A stretch of DNA of 63,210 bases, counting the filler, from Octopus bimaculoides (taxonomy: Eukaryota), in NCBI RefSeq assembly GCF_001194135.2. It is 7 parts of 7 records of this genome, joined end to end, with 100 filler letters (N's around TTAATTAATTAA, not from the genome) between each part and the next. Parts side by side here need not be neighbours in the genome. Positions count along the whole stretch, not along the records: positions 1 to 17,468 come from NC_069007.1; positions 17,569 to 26,255 come from NC_068982.1; 5 more parts are not named here. One strand, given 5' to 3'. Positions within the stretch are counted from its first letter, which is position 1; each line of letters starts with the position of its first letter. This document shows positions 12,551 to 23,918 of the stretch, one piece after another. The notes below the pieces were generated by a model. It was not told the DNA's origin. It did no database searches and worked only from the letters and a program-made list of their open reading frames with translations. Both the position numbers and the translations under genes were made by a program.

Positions 12551-13928
12551 TGAACTGGGGCAATGTGAAATAAAGTGCCTTGCTCAAGAACACAATGCGC
12601 AGTCCGATCCAAGAATCTAACTCACTATCACAGGATTGTGAGCAAGATGCTCCACTGAGCCAGATACTAATAACTTAGTGTTAGAACTCAATAAACATAT
12701 GCTTCAGACTAAAGAGTTAGGCAAGTACAGAGTAATATGAAATTAAATAAGTGACAAAGGAAATGAAGTTTGTAATATAATTCCTTGTTCCCTTGTCACT
12801 GGCTTAATTATTGTATATCAGTTACCTTTTACTTGTTTCAGAGCACTGCCTTGGAGAATGTTTAGTCAAATGAATCGACCCCAGTACTCACTTTTGTTTG
12901 TAAGCCTAGTACTTATTCTATCAGGCTCTTTTACTGATCCGCTAAGTTGCAGGAGCTGTAAGCATCCCAACACTGGTTGTCAAGTGGTGGTGGAGGATAA
13001 ATACACACACACACACACAACAGGTTGGTTTCAGTTTCTCTACCAAATCCACTCAAGGCCCAAGGCTAAAATAGAAGACACTTGNNNNNNNNNNNNNNNN
13101 NNNNNNNNNNNNNNNNNNNNNNNNNNNNNNNNNNNNNNNNNNNNNNNNNNNNNNNNNNNNNNNNNNNNNNNNNNNNNNNNNNNNNNNNNNNNNNNNNNNN
13201 NNNNNNNNNNNNNNNNNNNNNNNNNNNNNNNNNNNNNNNNNNNNNNNNNNNNNNNNNNNNNNNNNNNNNNNNNNNNNNNNNNNNNNNNNNNNNNNNNNNN
13301 NNNNNNNNNNNNNNNNNNNNNNNNNNNNNNNNNNNNNNNNNNNNNNNNNNNNNNNNNNNNNNNNNNNNNNNNNNNNNNNNNNNNNNNNNNNNNNNNNNNN
13401 NNNNNNNNNNNNNNNNNNNNNNNNNNNNNNNNNNNNNNNNNNNNNNNNNNNNNNNNNNNNNNNNNNNNNNNNNNNNNNNNNNNNNNNNNNNNNNNNNNNN
13501 NNNNNNNNNNNNNNNNNNNNNNNNNNNNNNNNNNNNNNNNNNNNNNNNNNNNNNNNNNNNNNNNNNNNNNNNNNNNNNNNNNNNNNNNNNNNNNNNNNNN
13601 NNNNNNNNNNNNNNNNNNNNNNNNNNNNNNNNNNNNNNNNNNNNNNNNNNNNNNNNNNNNNNNNNNNNNNNNNNNNNNNNNNNNNNNNNNNNNNNNNNNN
13701 NNNNNNNNNNNNNNNNNNNNNNNNNNNNNNNNNNNNNNNNNNNNNNNNNNNNNNNNNNNNNNNNNNNNNNNNNNNNNNNNNNNNNNNNNNNNNNNNNNNN
13801 NNNNNNNNNNNNNNNNNNNNNNNNNNNNNNNNNNNNNNNNNNNNNNNNNNNNNNNNNNNNNNNNNNNNNNNNNNNNNNNNNNNNNNNNNNNNNNNNNGAG
13901 AAAACGCATGTTATAATTGCATACTTTA

Positions 13929-14012
13929 TTCCTACATATGTTTCAAAGGATTACAACCTGTGTGATCCATAGGGATCTTTGATATTAAAATTGTAACCTT
14001 CTCATCAGGGAA
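13929..14012 (-). ncRNA. Type I hammerhead ribozyme motif, family H1
   Basis: Minus strand: UUCC-CUGAUGA-GAAGGUUACAA...UUGUAAUCCUUU-GAAAC-AUAU-GUA-GGAA. Complete core, stems I and II, palindromic stem III (ACAUAUGU), GUA cleavage triplet. Confidence 0.85.
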
Positions 14013-14096
14013 AGCATGGTTGTAATCCTTTGAAACATATGTAGGAATAAAGTATGCAATTATAACATGCGTTTTCTCCAATCCTTAAATTCTTAA

Positions 14097-14127
<31 letters not shown>

Positions 14128-14199
14128 TATTTATGTAACTACTTGGACTTTGGGTATATATCTATTGGTATGTCAAAGCATATTCACCGTTTGGGCTAC

Positions 14200-14306
14200 C
14201 TGATGTCATCCACAGTAATGATCATAGTTTTCATTGGATCTACGTCAGGAAACCCATAGTGTTTGTTGAGTTTACAGTTAATAAAAGAAACACAAGATGG
14301 ATTTAT
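14200..14306 (-). CDS. Candidate internal exon (INPSCVSFINCKLNKHYGFPDVDPMKTMIITVDDIR)
   Basis: TAG|ATA acceptor, AG|GTAGCC donor, 107 nt open, non-repetitive, phase compatible with the 16453-16614 exon. Splice signals are mediocre. Confidence 0.35.
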
Positions 14307-15744
14307 CTACATCATGCTGAATAAATATTCATACTAAATCCATCTTTCATTTCTTTTATCAACTACATTGTATATATCGTTTAATCATCGTTTAACGTCC
14401 GCTTTCCATGCTAGCATGGGTTGGACAATTTGACTGAGGACTGGTGAAACCAGATGGCAACACCAGGCTCTCTTCCTCTTTTTCTCCCCCCCATACCCAC
14501 CTTCCCCTCTTTCTCCCCCCATACCCACCTTCCCCCTCTCTCAATCCACCTTCCCTCTCTTATACCCACCCTCTCTCCTCTCCCCTNNNNNNNNNNNNNN
14601 NNNNNNNNNNNNNNNNNNNNNNNNNNNNNNNNNNNNNNNNNNNNNNNNNNNNNNNNNNNNNNNNNNNNNNNNNNNNNNNNNNNNNNNNNNNNNNNNNNNN
14701 NNNNNNNNNNNNNNNNNNNNNNNNNNNNNNNNNNNNNNNNNNNNNNNNNNNNNNNNNNNNNNNNNNNNNNNNNNNNNNNNNNNNNNNNNNNNNNNNNNNN
14801 NNNNNNNNNNNNNNNNNNNNNNNNNNNNNNNNNNNNNNNNNNNNNNNNNNNNNNNNNNNNNNNNNNNNNNNNNNNNNNNNNNNNNNNNNNNNNNNNNNNN
14901 NNNNNNNNNNNNNNNNNNNNNNNNNNNNNNNNNNNNNNNNNNNNNNNNNNNNNNNNNNNNNNNNNNNNNNNNNNNNNNNNNNNNNNNNNNNNNNNNNNNN
15001 NNNNNNNNNNNNNNNNNNNNNNNNNNNNNNNNNNNNNNNNNNNNNNNNNNNNNNNNNNNNNGTCAAACCGTCCAACCCATGCCAGCATGGAAAGCGGACG
15101 TCAAACGACAATGATTTTCAAATTTAGAGAATGGAGTAGGTAAAATCCAGGCTACATATGTTTCCTAGCTAGCAGAACCTCAGAAGTTGTCATTACCCAA
15201 ACAAGGGGTACTCCACTAGCTACTCATCAGGCTGAGGATACCTTAGTCAAATGAAGGTTACATTGTTGCAGGAGGTTTGATTGAAAATGCTTTTATTCAG
15301 CTTATGGAACCTTGATATTGGAAAAATTTACAACCTTCTACGTCAATAAACCACCATTGTTCTTGAAAGTCGTTTTTTTTTTTATACCTTCTATGGACTG
15401 CTTGAAACTTACTAACTTCCTACACCTTGGATCTTACCTTTACATATTACTATCTACATATATATATTTTAAAGGGAGACAAAAACAAAGGCAGGATGAG
15501 TATTTCAGGTCATTTAGGATATTTAATTAGGGTAAAGTGAATCAAAAATGGAGAAGTAGAATTAATTCCTGTCTTACAGCTGTTTCTAGGATATCCCAGG
15601 TGATGGGTCAACATCTCCATAGACTGAGTATTCAGCTGTGAACTTAGAACTTAACGGATGACCAATTATAGCACATACACAGCATACCCATTGGTTTAAA
15701 TCATCAATGAACCCCTCATATTCTCTCTCTCTCTATATATATAT

Positions 15745-15967
15745 AATCATTTGATGGATATCTGTCCTCATCTTGTTTGTTGTTAACACAACGTTTCAGC
15801 TGATATACCCTCCAGCCTTCATCAGGTGTCTTGGGGGAAATTTTGAACTTGGGTTTGCATTCCTAAGGTATTTTTTGATGTTATCATTATTATTATTATT
15901 CAGATCACTGCCTGGAATTGAACTCGGAATCTTGAGGTTAGTAGCCCGCACTCATAACCACTACACC
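15745..15967 (-). mobile_element. tRNA-headed element carrying a hammerhead (family H2), left copy
   Basis: A-box GGTGTAGTGG, B-box GTTCAATTCC, (AAT)n linker, HHR; reverse complement matches 15970-16172. Confidence 0.8.
15785..15830 (-). ncRNA. Minimal type I hammerhead ribozyme motif, family H2
   Basis: GACAC-CUGAUGA-A-GGCUG(GAGGGUAUAU)CAGCU-GAAAC-GUU-GUGUU. Stem III can form only intermolecularly through the palindrome AACGUU. Confidence 0.7.
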
Positions 15968-15969
15968 TC

Positions 15970-16172
15970 GGCATATGGCGTAGTAGTTAAGAGTGCAGGC
16001 TACTAATCCCAAGATTCCTAGTTCGATTCCAGACAGTGACCTGAATAATAATAATGATAATAATAATAATAATAATAATATCGAAAAATACCTAAGACAC
16101 CTGATGAAGGCTGGAGGATATATCAGCCAAAACGCTGTAATGTAAATGTAAATAATGTATATAATTCCTCAT
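15970..16172 (+). mobile_element. tRNA-headed hammerhead element (family H2), right copy with decayed ribozyme
   Basis: A-box TGGCGTAGTAG (15976-15986), B-box GTTCGATTCC (16021-16030), CTGATGA at 16101; GAAA is mutated to AAAA and two internal deletions are present. Confidence 0.8.
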
Positions 16173-16452
16173 CTCTTAAATACAGAACTGTATAAACATG
16201 CTGTCAGAAATAATAGCAGTTTAAAACATGCTAATTGAAGGATATAATCAAGGTAATGACATAACATTTGTTACAAATTTTTGAGGTAGACTTATCCCAT
16301 TATATATTTAAAGGCAATATTAACCGTTCCCCTCTTTCTCTTTTTATCCTTTTGCTTTTCACCTGAGTGATACTCGAGAAAAAAAAAAGAAGGAAAAATC
16401 AAATCCAAATAGATGAAAAGTAAAACAAAAAAATGGTCTCATGATGACTTAC

Positions 16453-16614
16453 AACAATAGTGGTTTGGGGTAAAACATATGTTGATGGTTCAGCAACCGA
16501 TTCTATTTCCGTGCAAAATTCGTCCAGCACTCTTTGGTTGGACTGCGGACAACAACAAGCACCACCATTATGGTTATCACAGATTTCAGAAGACGGACAA
16601 CATTGTGAATGACC
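16453..16614 (-). CDS. Internal exon of the minus-strand host gene (162 nt; frame 0 reads GHSQCCPSSEICDNHNGGACCCPQ...PQTTIV)
   Basis: Strong acceptor CATTTTCTCCACAG and donor GTAAGT; length divisible by 3 with one fully open frame. Coding frame uncertain. Confidence 0.6.
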
Positions 16615-17047
16615 CTGTGGAGAAAATGGTCAAAATATTATTCTAGGTTTAGAGTTTAATTCAGGGATGCCATCTGCATAAAAACACAACACATAAGTTA
16701 AAGTGAGCATATTTAATGGTGGGAGTATTAAAAAATTAACTAGAAATAATTATGTGGTGAGATAGATAAGTTTGTGTTAAAATAAACAACTCTGACACCA
16801 GGGAAATGGTAGCACAAGACCACTCTGCCTGGTGAAGCTGCACCAACAGAGGTACCACCTCTTATGAACAAAACTGGTTTTCAGGAGCGTAAAGGAAATG
16901 TGAACTAAGCAAGTCCAGAGTCAGCTCCTAACCAGCAGTGCCAGTCTTCCGAGCATGCACTGGACTGGTTGGTCGCAACTGGACATATTATACCCCATCT
17001 TCTCCCACATAATGTCCCCGGTCATCGTTGACAATGACAGACAGACT

Positions 17048-17262
17048 AATAATGATAATCCTTTCTACAACAGGCACAAGGCCTGAAATTGGGGGAAGGG
17101 GACTAGTCGATTACATTGACCCCAGTGTTTCACTGGTACTTAATTTATCGGCCCCGAAAGGATGAAAGGCAAAGTTGACCTTGGTGGAATTTGAACTCAG
17201 AACGGCAGACGAAATACCGCTAAGCATTTCGCCCGGCGTGCTAACGTTTCTGCCAGCTCGCT
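17048..17262 (-). mobile_element. SINE family A, young full-length copy
   Basis: Intact CpGs, A- and B-boxes, and (ATT)n tail. Confidence 0.9.
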
Positions 17263-17512
17263 CCCCATATAATTTCTAGTCAATTTTTTAATGCTCCCTA
17301 CTTCAACACATTAACTGCCACATGTGCCACTGGCGGTTCATCGCAAACTTCACACAACTGCCACATGCATCACCAGTGGTCCATTTTTATAATCTGAGAA
17401 ATTATAATCTTTGACATGATTTCAAAGCATATTTAAATGACCTAAGAGCTAAATATTGGTTTCAAATGNNNNNNNNNNNNNNNNNNNNNNNNNNNNNNNN
17501 NNNNNNNNNNNN

Positions 17513-17524
17513 TTAATTAATTAA
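17513..17524. other. Assembly linker TTAATTAATTAA inside N gaps (also ~26300, ~34894, ~43318, ~56216, ~60931)
   Basis: The identical 12-mer with stops in all six frames is always flanked by N runs. Confidence 0.95.
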
Positions 17525-17640
17525 NNNNNNNNNNNNNNNNNNNNNNNNNNNNNNNNNNNNNNNNNNNNTAAAATTAACAATTAACAATTTTGCCAAGTAG
17601 TTCAGTATGAAATAAACCTTTATCGGTAAGACCATTTATC

Positions 17641-18067
17641 ATCATAAATATAAGGGATTAGCAATTGAGTTGCTTCTCCAACATACTGAAAATTCAGAAA
17701 CAGCAGTCAAAGAACTACTGATTCTAAACTACAAATTTTTCTCTAAAATGGATGGCGATATTTATGGCACACATAGAACAAAAAACCGGAGGGAAAAGCA
17801 CAAACAAAACAAGCCTTTAGTTAATTGGGTACGAATCGTTTCATGGTTAAGCGAATTAACTAAAGGCTTGTTTTGTTTGTGCTTACACACATACATATAT
17901 ATGTTTGTGCTTTTCCCTCCGGTTTTTTGTTCTATGTGTGCCATAAATATCGCCATCCATTTTAGAGAAAAATTTGTAGTTTAGAATCAGTAGTTCTTTG
18001 ACTGCTGTTTCTGAATTTTCAGTATGTTGGAGAAGCAACTCAATTGCTAATCCCTTATATTTATGAT
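17641..18067. repeat. Perfect 166-bp inverted repeat with a nested 31-bp hairpin
   Basis: 17641-17806 is the exact reverse complement of 17902-18067 (the ORF track gives the same peptide on both strands); 17796-17826 pairs with 17854-17884. Confidence 0.95.
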
Positions 18068-18437
18068 ATATATATATATATATATATGCATATATATACA
18101 TATATGTATATATACATATATGTACATTTATATATGTGTATGTTTATATATGTATATATATATGTGTGTATATATATGTGTATAGATATGTGTGTATATA
18201 TATGTGTAGAGATATGTGTGTATATATATGTGTATAGATATGTTTGTATATATGTATATAAATATATGTATATATATGTATATGTATATATGTATTTATA
18301 TATACGTATATGTATTTATATGTATATGCACGTATATATATATATATATATATTTATGTGTATACATATATATGTTTGTGTATATATATATATGTTTATA
18401 TGTGCGTATGTATCTCTACATGTATATTATTTCTTTT

Positions 18438-18521
<84 letters not shown>

Positions 18522-18527
<6 letters not shown>

Positions 18528-18950
18528 CAAGCGTGGGTGTTTGGTAAGAAGCTTGCTTACCAACCACATGGTTCCTGGTTCAGTCCCACTGTGTGGCACC
18601 TTGGACAAGCGTCTTTTATTTTAGCATCGGGACGACCAAAGCCTTGTGAGTGGCTTTCGTAGACGGAAACTTGATGAACCCGTCGTGAATATATATATTA
18701 TATATGTATGTGTGTAAGTATGTCTGTATTTGCACCCGCGTGTGTGTATGTGTGTCTGCTTTGCCCCGCTATCGCTTGACAATGCTGGTGTGTTTATGTC
18801 CCCGTAACTTAGCGTTTCTGCGAAAGAACCAATAGGATAAGTACTAGGCTTAAAAAGAATAAGTTCTGGAGACGATGTTTTCGACTACCACCCTTTAAGT
18901 CGGTGCTCCAGCATGGCTGCTCTCAAATCAATGAAACAAGTAAAAGAGTA
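18522..18950 (+). mobile_element. SINE family B, full length
   Basis: Matches 3211-3620 (reverse) and 36675-37262. Confidence 0.9.
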
Positions 18951-19153
18951 GAGTGTATATAAACAATGGCAGCAATTTATTTTGAACATATTGAAGCTAC
19001 TGTCAAAAACAATAACAAAATATTTAACTTTACACAAATGTTTACTTACGTACGCACACACGCACGCACGTGTGTTTGTGTGTAAACACTTGGGAGAAGG
19101 AGCCTTGAGGTAGCGTCCTGCGTGATGTATATAATATTTCAGTAGAGACTTAC

Positions 19154-19214
19154 AAATATAACATGGGAAATGAGATTACTCCAGCAATTTTAAGACAATT
19201 TTAAGATGTCAAGT
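19154..19214 (-). other. Candidate 61-nt exon, mostly 5' UTR, containing an ATG
   Basis: Acceptor TGTTTCCTGTTTTTAG and donor GTAAGT; stops in all frames upstream of the ATG at 19164. Confidence 0.5.
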
Positions 19215-19694
19215 CTAAAAACAGGAAACAAATGGACATGACTCCCACAATAACAACTCCTCCAGATTTTTGGAGTATTGAGACAATGCGGTTTTATGGG
19301 GACCTTGCCAACTGTTGAATGCTGCTGAAAGTTATATCTTTCTGTCACCCCGTCCATTTGTCTGTCTCTGCGTGCGTGCAGACATGCCCAAGCATAAGTA
19401 CACTATCATGAGCTGAGGGGAATAACTCAGAGTAGCCAGTGGCATGAATTTGGATAACAAAGAGGAATGACGCTATATTAAATAACATGCAAGGTAACTT
19501 CTAAATTTACTGAAATTATCTTCGCTTTGAGAGAAAGTAAACGAAAATCTGGTGCCAGTTACGACCGACTCCGAAAGAGAAGGGGAGATAATTTCAATAA
19601 TCAAAAGTTTCCTGAGGACTAACATAATATGAGGATCTTTTTTTTTTTTTTTCTTCTGGTATAAAAGAACATTTGGGAACAGCTGTTTCTGCCT

Positions 19695-19736
<42 letters not shown>

Positions 19737-21591
19737 TCTCTCTCTCTCTCTCTCTCTCTCTCAACGCATGATAGTGTACTTGTGCTTGGGCATATGTGCG
19801 CGCACACAGAGACCGACTGACAAGCAAACAAATGGACGGAGTGACAGAAAGTTTAACCTTCAGCAGCATTCAACAGAATTTACCATATCTGACGGAATAT
19901 AAAGTTCACTTTATAAAATACACCCTATATCTAATGAACAATATCAGTGTTATAAACACAGGTAAATCGTAGCTTAAGAAAGAGCCCACTAAAATTAATG
20001 CGTTTTATAAGCGAGTGCTTAATGCTTAATGAGCCATCAAAATCCGTGAATGCATTTTTTTTTTTTCTATTTGAGTTTTTCATTTATAGAAGGGGTTATA
20101 AAGAAAGCTCCATCACCGAAGTTTATACAACAACAATGAATAATTAAAAGTTGAATTTTGGAAAGATCTTACTTATTTTTATTGTTCCAGCAACAGATTG
20201 TATTCGCGAAGTTTATGATAACTGGTTGCTTTCTTTACTTTATAAGTTTTAGAATTTTAGGAATATCACTTAGACATAGCAATAAAGCCAAATGTACCGA
20301 TACAGGACCTATAAGCGGCGAGATTCCGCCGGTACCTAACCATAGGATCTTCTTTGAGTCATGGGACCTTCCTTGGGTCCCATGACTATGAACAACTGTG
20401 AAGATTTACATGTTGAACTTTAGAAAAGTTTTGCATATATAACCTATACATTTATTGTTCGGTCAATAGATTATATTCGCAAAGTTCGTGATAGCTGTTC
20501 ACTTTTTAGCCTGACAAACGAGCATTTTCAGATTTCCAGTTAGACATTTTAATAATCGAGCCAAAGACATTAATAATGCAAGTAGACATGTGAATTTATG
20601 ATCTGTGTAGGGGAGCTGTAAGTTTCATAGCTTTTGTTTGTATCTTGAGATGGGGGTTCAATCTGTACACTGGTCTGGAGCTCTGAAACTTTGAAGGACT
20701 CCGTGACGATCTTTAAGAATACTTATAACTTCAAAGCAATTTTGTTCCGATATCCCAGATTTCTTTCGGAAACCTAGTCCATAATATTCTATCTCAACTA
20801 CGTTTGAAAGAATTGTTCACATTTAGTGGTCAGCTCATCTCTGTAACAGTACATTTCTCTTTTTGGTCTCAAACAACAAACCAGATCTGATTTGTTGTTT
20901 ATATTTGATGAAGGTTTCATTAGTAATATTCCGCCTGTTCACAAGTATCTATGGACTCAACAACAAATGTTGTATGTATGTGCATGTATATTTGTAGATA
21001 TGCATGTCATTGCGTATATGAATCTGTGTAGTTTGACAGTGTACATATACATGTGTTTGTATAGTGTGTGCATGTGTGATTTTTGTGTGTCTGTTCATAC
21101 CAGAAGTTAAATTTATAGAATGTTTTACATACTTCTACAATTCATTACTCTCTTGTAAACTTTAATTTTCCATTTAGTTGAGTTATTTCTGCTTTTGTCG
21201 ATGTCCCAACTTCTGAAGATTGATGCTGGAGGCTGTTGCAAAACCGTGTGTGTGTGTGAGTGCTCTACATTGGCGCAAGTGTGTACGTATAAAACAATCT
21301 TGTTCGGTTGTTGTTTCTTTAATTTTTAATTTTTTTTTGTAGTCATCTTGAGTTTTTTGTTTTGTTTTTTTCCAAATTTCTTATAGTGTAAATGTATAGG
21401 AGATACTGGTTCTACATTTTCGACACTTGACTGTTTTCAATGTTACCTGTTGACAGCAGCAATGACTTAGCACTTTCTCGTTTAGTTCTAAATTATATCC
21501 GCATAAGTTTGGAGTGGCTATATTAAATTCCTATGTTCAACGATTGCCATTCTTTAATTAACAGGAGGCAAGTTGAATCAGTCCATCCGTT

Positions 21592-21900
<309 letters not shown>

Positions 21901-22925
21901 CCAGTGACATCACAAATATTGGGACGACTTTTTTTTTCTGGAAACGAAAACTAGGGGTTGTTCACGCGCAGTTGTCAGGATACTAATTAACCAATAGCTG
22001 GGACCCTGGCAAGCGCTTACTACTCCGGGTCAGAGTAAACCTGGGAACAAATGCAATCGTGTGTGTGTGCAGTTTCATGTACAAAAGGAGATACATTTAT
22101 GAAGTATGTTAATGTAAATTTTTAAGCAAACGTTCTCAAAAATCTGTCAAAATTTGACTCTGGGATGGCGACTCGCATAACGTGTGACACAAATAATGCA
22201 AAACCGAAATAATAACAAAAAATAAATCAAACGAAGGAATGATGTTTATTTTCCTTTAAAGACTATGAACAATCAAAACAGTTAACAGAATGTTCACTAA
22301 TGTAGAATACAATGTTTTTGTATATTTATTTCCTTCTTGCTATTATTATATTTAGTTTCACATCTTTGCTACTGGAACATTTGTTTATGTGTAACAAGAG
22401 TAGTGAAGCTGTGTTGATTGCGGGTGCTGGTATGGTGTTAACCTTGAAAGTACAACTGGTACATTACAGGCTGTAACTTTCAATCACTTTATTCCATACA
22501 GCTTAGGTAATTTCGTGCAAGTCTTCAATTTTGCTAAACTATAATTTTATTCTATTTTATTTATTTATTTATTTATTTTATTTTCTACTATTCTTGGCCC
22601 TTAGCCATCACTCACAGCTTTCTTCCACTTCATTATCAATCGCACACGTGTATGTATGTGTATGTATGTATGTGTATGTATGTGTGTGTGTGTGTGTGTA
22701 TGTGTATGAGAGAGAGAGAGAGGTTAGAATATGTTTGGATTTCCCTTATTTCGTGTTAACCCTCTTCACAATAAATGGCTAAAGAAGAAAGAAAAACATT
22801 CCAAGAAACGCTCGCTGGATTTCTTTCTCATTTAGTTCTCTCTGATCAAATTACTTACCCTTTATTGTTGCCGAGTTTTTCTACCTTCTTGAAGCCCTTT
22901 AATTACGATGCTTGGCATTTCCTCG

Positions 22926-23068
22926 TTTCCCCTCTCCCCGCATTTCTTCCAACCATACACACGCACTTTTTTCCCCTCTCCCCGCATTTCTTCCAACCAT
23001 ACACATGCACTTTTTTCCCCTCTCCCCGCATTTCTTCCAACCATACACACGCACTTTTTCCCCCCTCT
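22926..23068. repeat. 44-bp minisatellite, ~3.3 copies
   Basis: CCCCTCTCCCCGCATTTCTTCCAACCATACACACGCACTTTTTT starts at 22929, 22973, 23017 and partially at ~23060. Confidence 0.95.
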
Positions 23069-23559
23069 CGCCTTTTTTTCACTCAAGCTCACTTCTGTTC
23101 TTTCTTTTCTCTCTACCTCACCAACACTGTTTTCTCTCTGGCAGACCTACACTCTCTTCTCGCTTTTCTTTTTCACTCACACTTCTATTCCCTCTCTCTC
23201 TTTCTTCTCGTGGTTCACTTACAGTCTCTCCTCTTCTCTTTCGCTCACCTACCCTACTCCTCTCTCTCTCTCTCTCTTTCTTTCTCTTGCATTCACAGTT
23301 GTTATAGTTATTTAAATTTTCTCAAACTTTACAAGTTGCAGTAACACTTCTTTGTTAACTTTTAGCATTCTATTTCACCCAAGCCTTAGCACGTTCGCTA
23401 AACTTGGAGGATATTTTCATCGCTTCTTTTACTTGTCGTTTTATTTATTCCTTAATAAATTGTCGTTCTTCTGCAAACAGCTTCGTGTGAGGGACAAAAT
23501 TAGCAGCTATCTATACCTGAATCATTAGTAGCAATTTCTCTAACACACCCTTCACGAAA

Positions 23560-23918
23560 TGTTTTCGTAAACGAGGAACCGATATATGGCACGCACCACC
23601 ATAGAAGACACACATACGCACATACACGCACACTTACTTTCAGCTACTGTTCACGTTCCCACCCTACCTCCTCTTTCTTCTTGGTGAGATAGTAGTTCTT
23701 TTAAGAACGGGCTTGGATCTCTTAGCTACTCACTTTTTTTTTTTTTTTTTATCTTTCTGGTTTACTTCATTGTTGTTATTGCCTCTTAAAACTAAGAGGG
23801 AGTCAGTTGTCAGTGGCCAAAATATGGGGGAATTTTACAGTTTGGCGGCGCTATGTCATCATGACAACAATTTGGTACTACTTTACCATCCGTAAAAAAG
23901 TCCGATGTAAGCGTAAGT
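23560..23918 (+). promoter_or_regulatory. Candidate first exon of the plus-strand gene
   Basis: CpG-rich non-repeat segment ending in a GTAAGT donor at 23913. A frame MTTIWYYFTIRKKVRCK would splice in phase to the 27895 exon. Confidence 0.3.

Noticed and set aside
14169-14258. Plus-strand short ORF resembling a signal peptide (MSKHIHRLGYLMSSTVMIIVFIGSTSGNP)
   Set aside because: Ends in a stop with no donor site; more likely the antisense shadow of the minus-strand exon candidate.
15215-15235. CUGAUGA on the minus strand (similar isolated heptamers at ~14433, 21212, 26519, 46574)
   Set aside because: No properly placed stem II plus GAAA and no stem I pairing; chance or too degenerate to call.
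17513-17524. Recurrent TTAATTAATTAA palindrome
   Set aside because: Scaffolding linker, always embedded in Ns; not biological.
19678-19692. GAAAC-AGCU-GUU on the minus strand (and GAAAC-GUA-GUC at ~41204)
   Set aside because: HHR 3'-half look-alikes with no upstream CUGANGA or homology to the HHR families.
22775-23344. 189-aa hydrophobic ORF
   Set aside because: Translation of the 44-bp minisatellite and CT-rich tracts.
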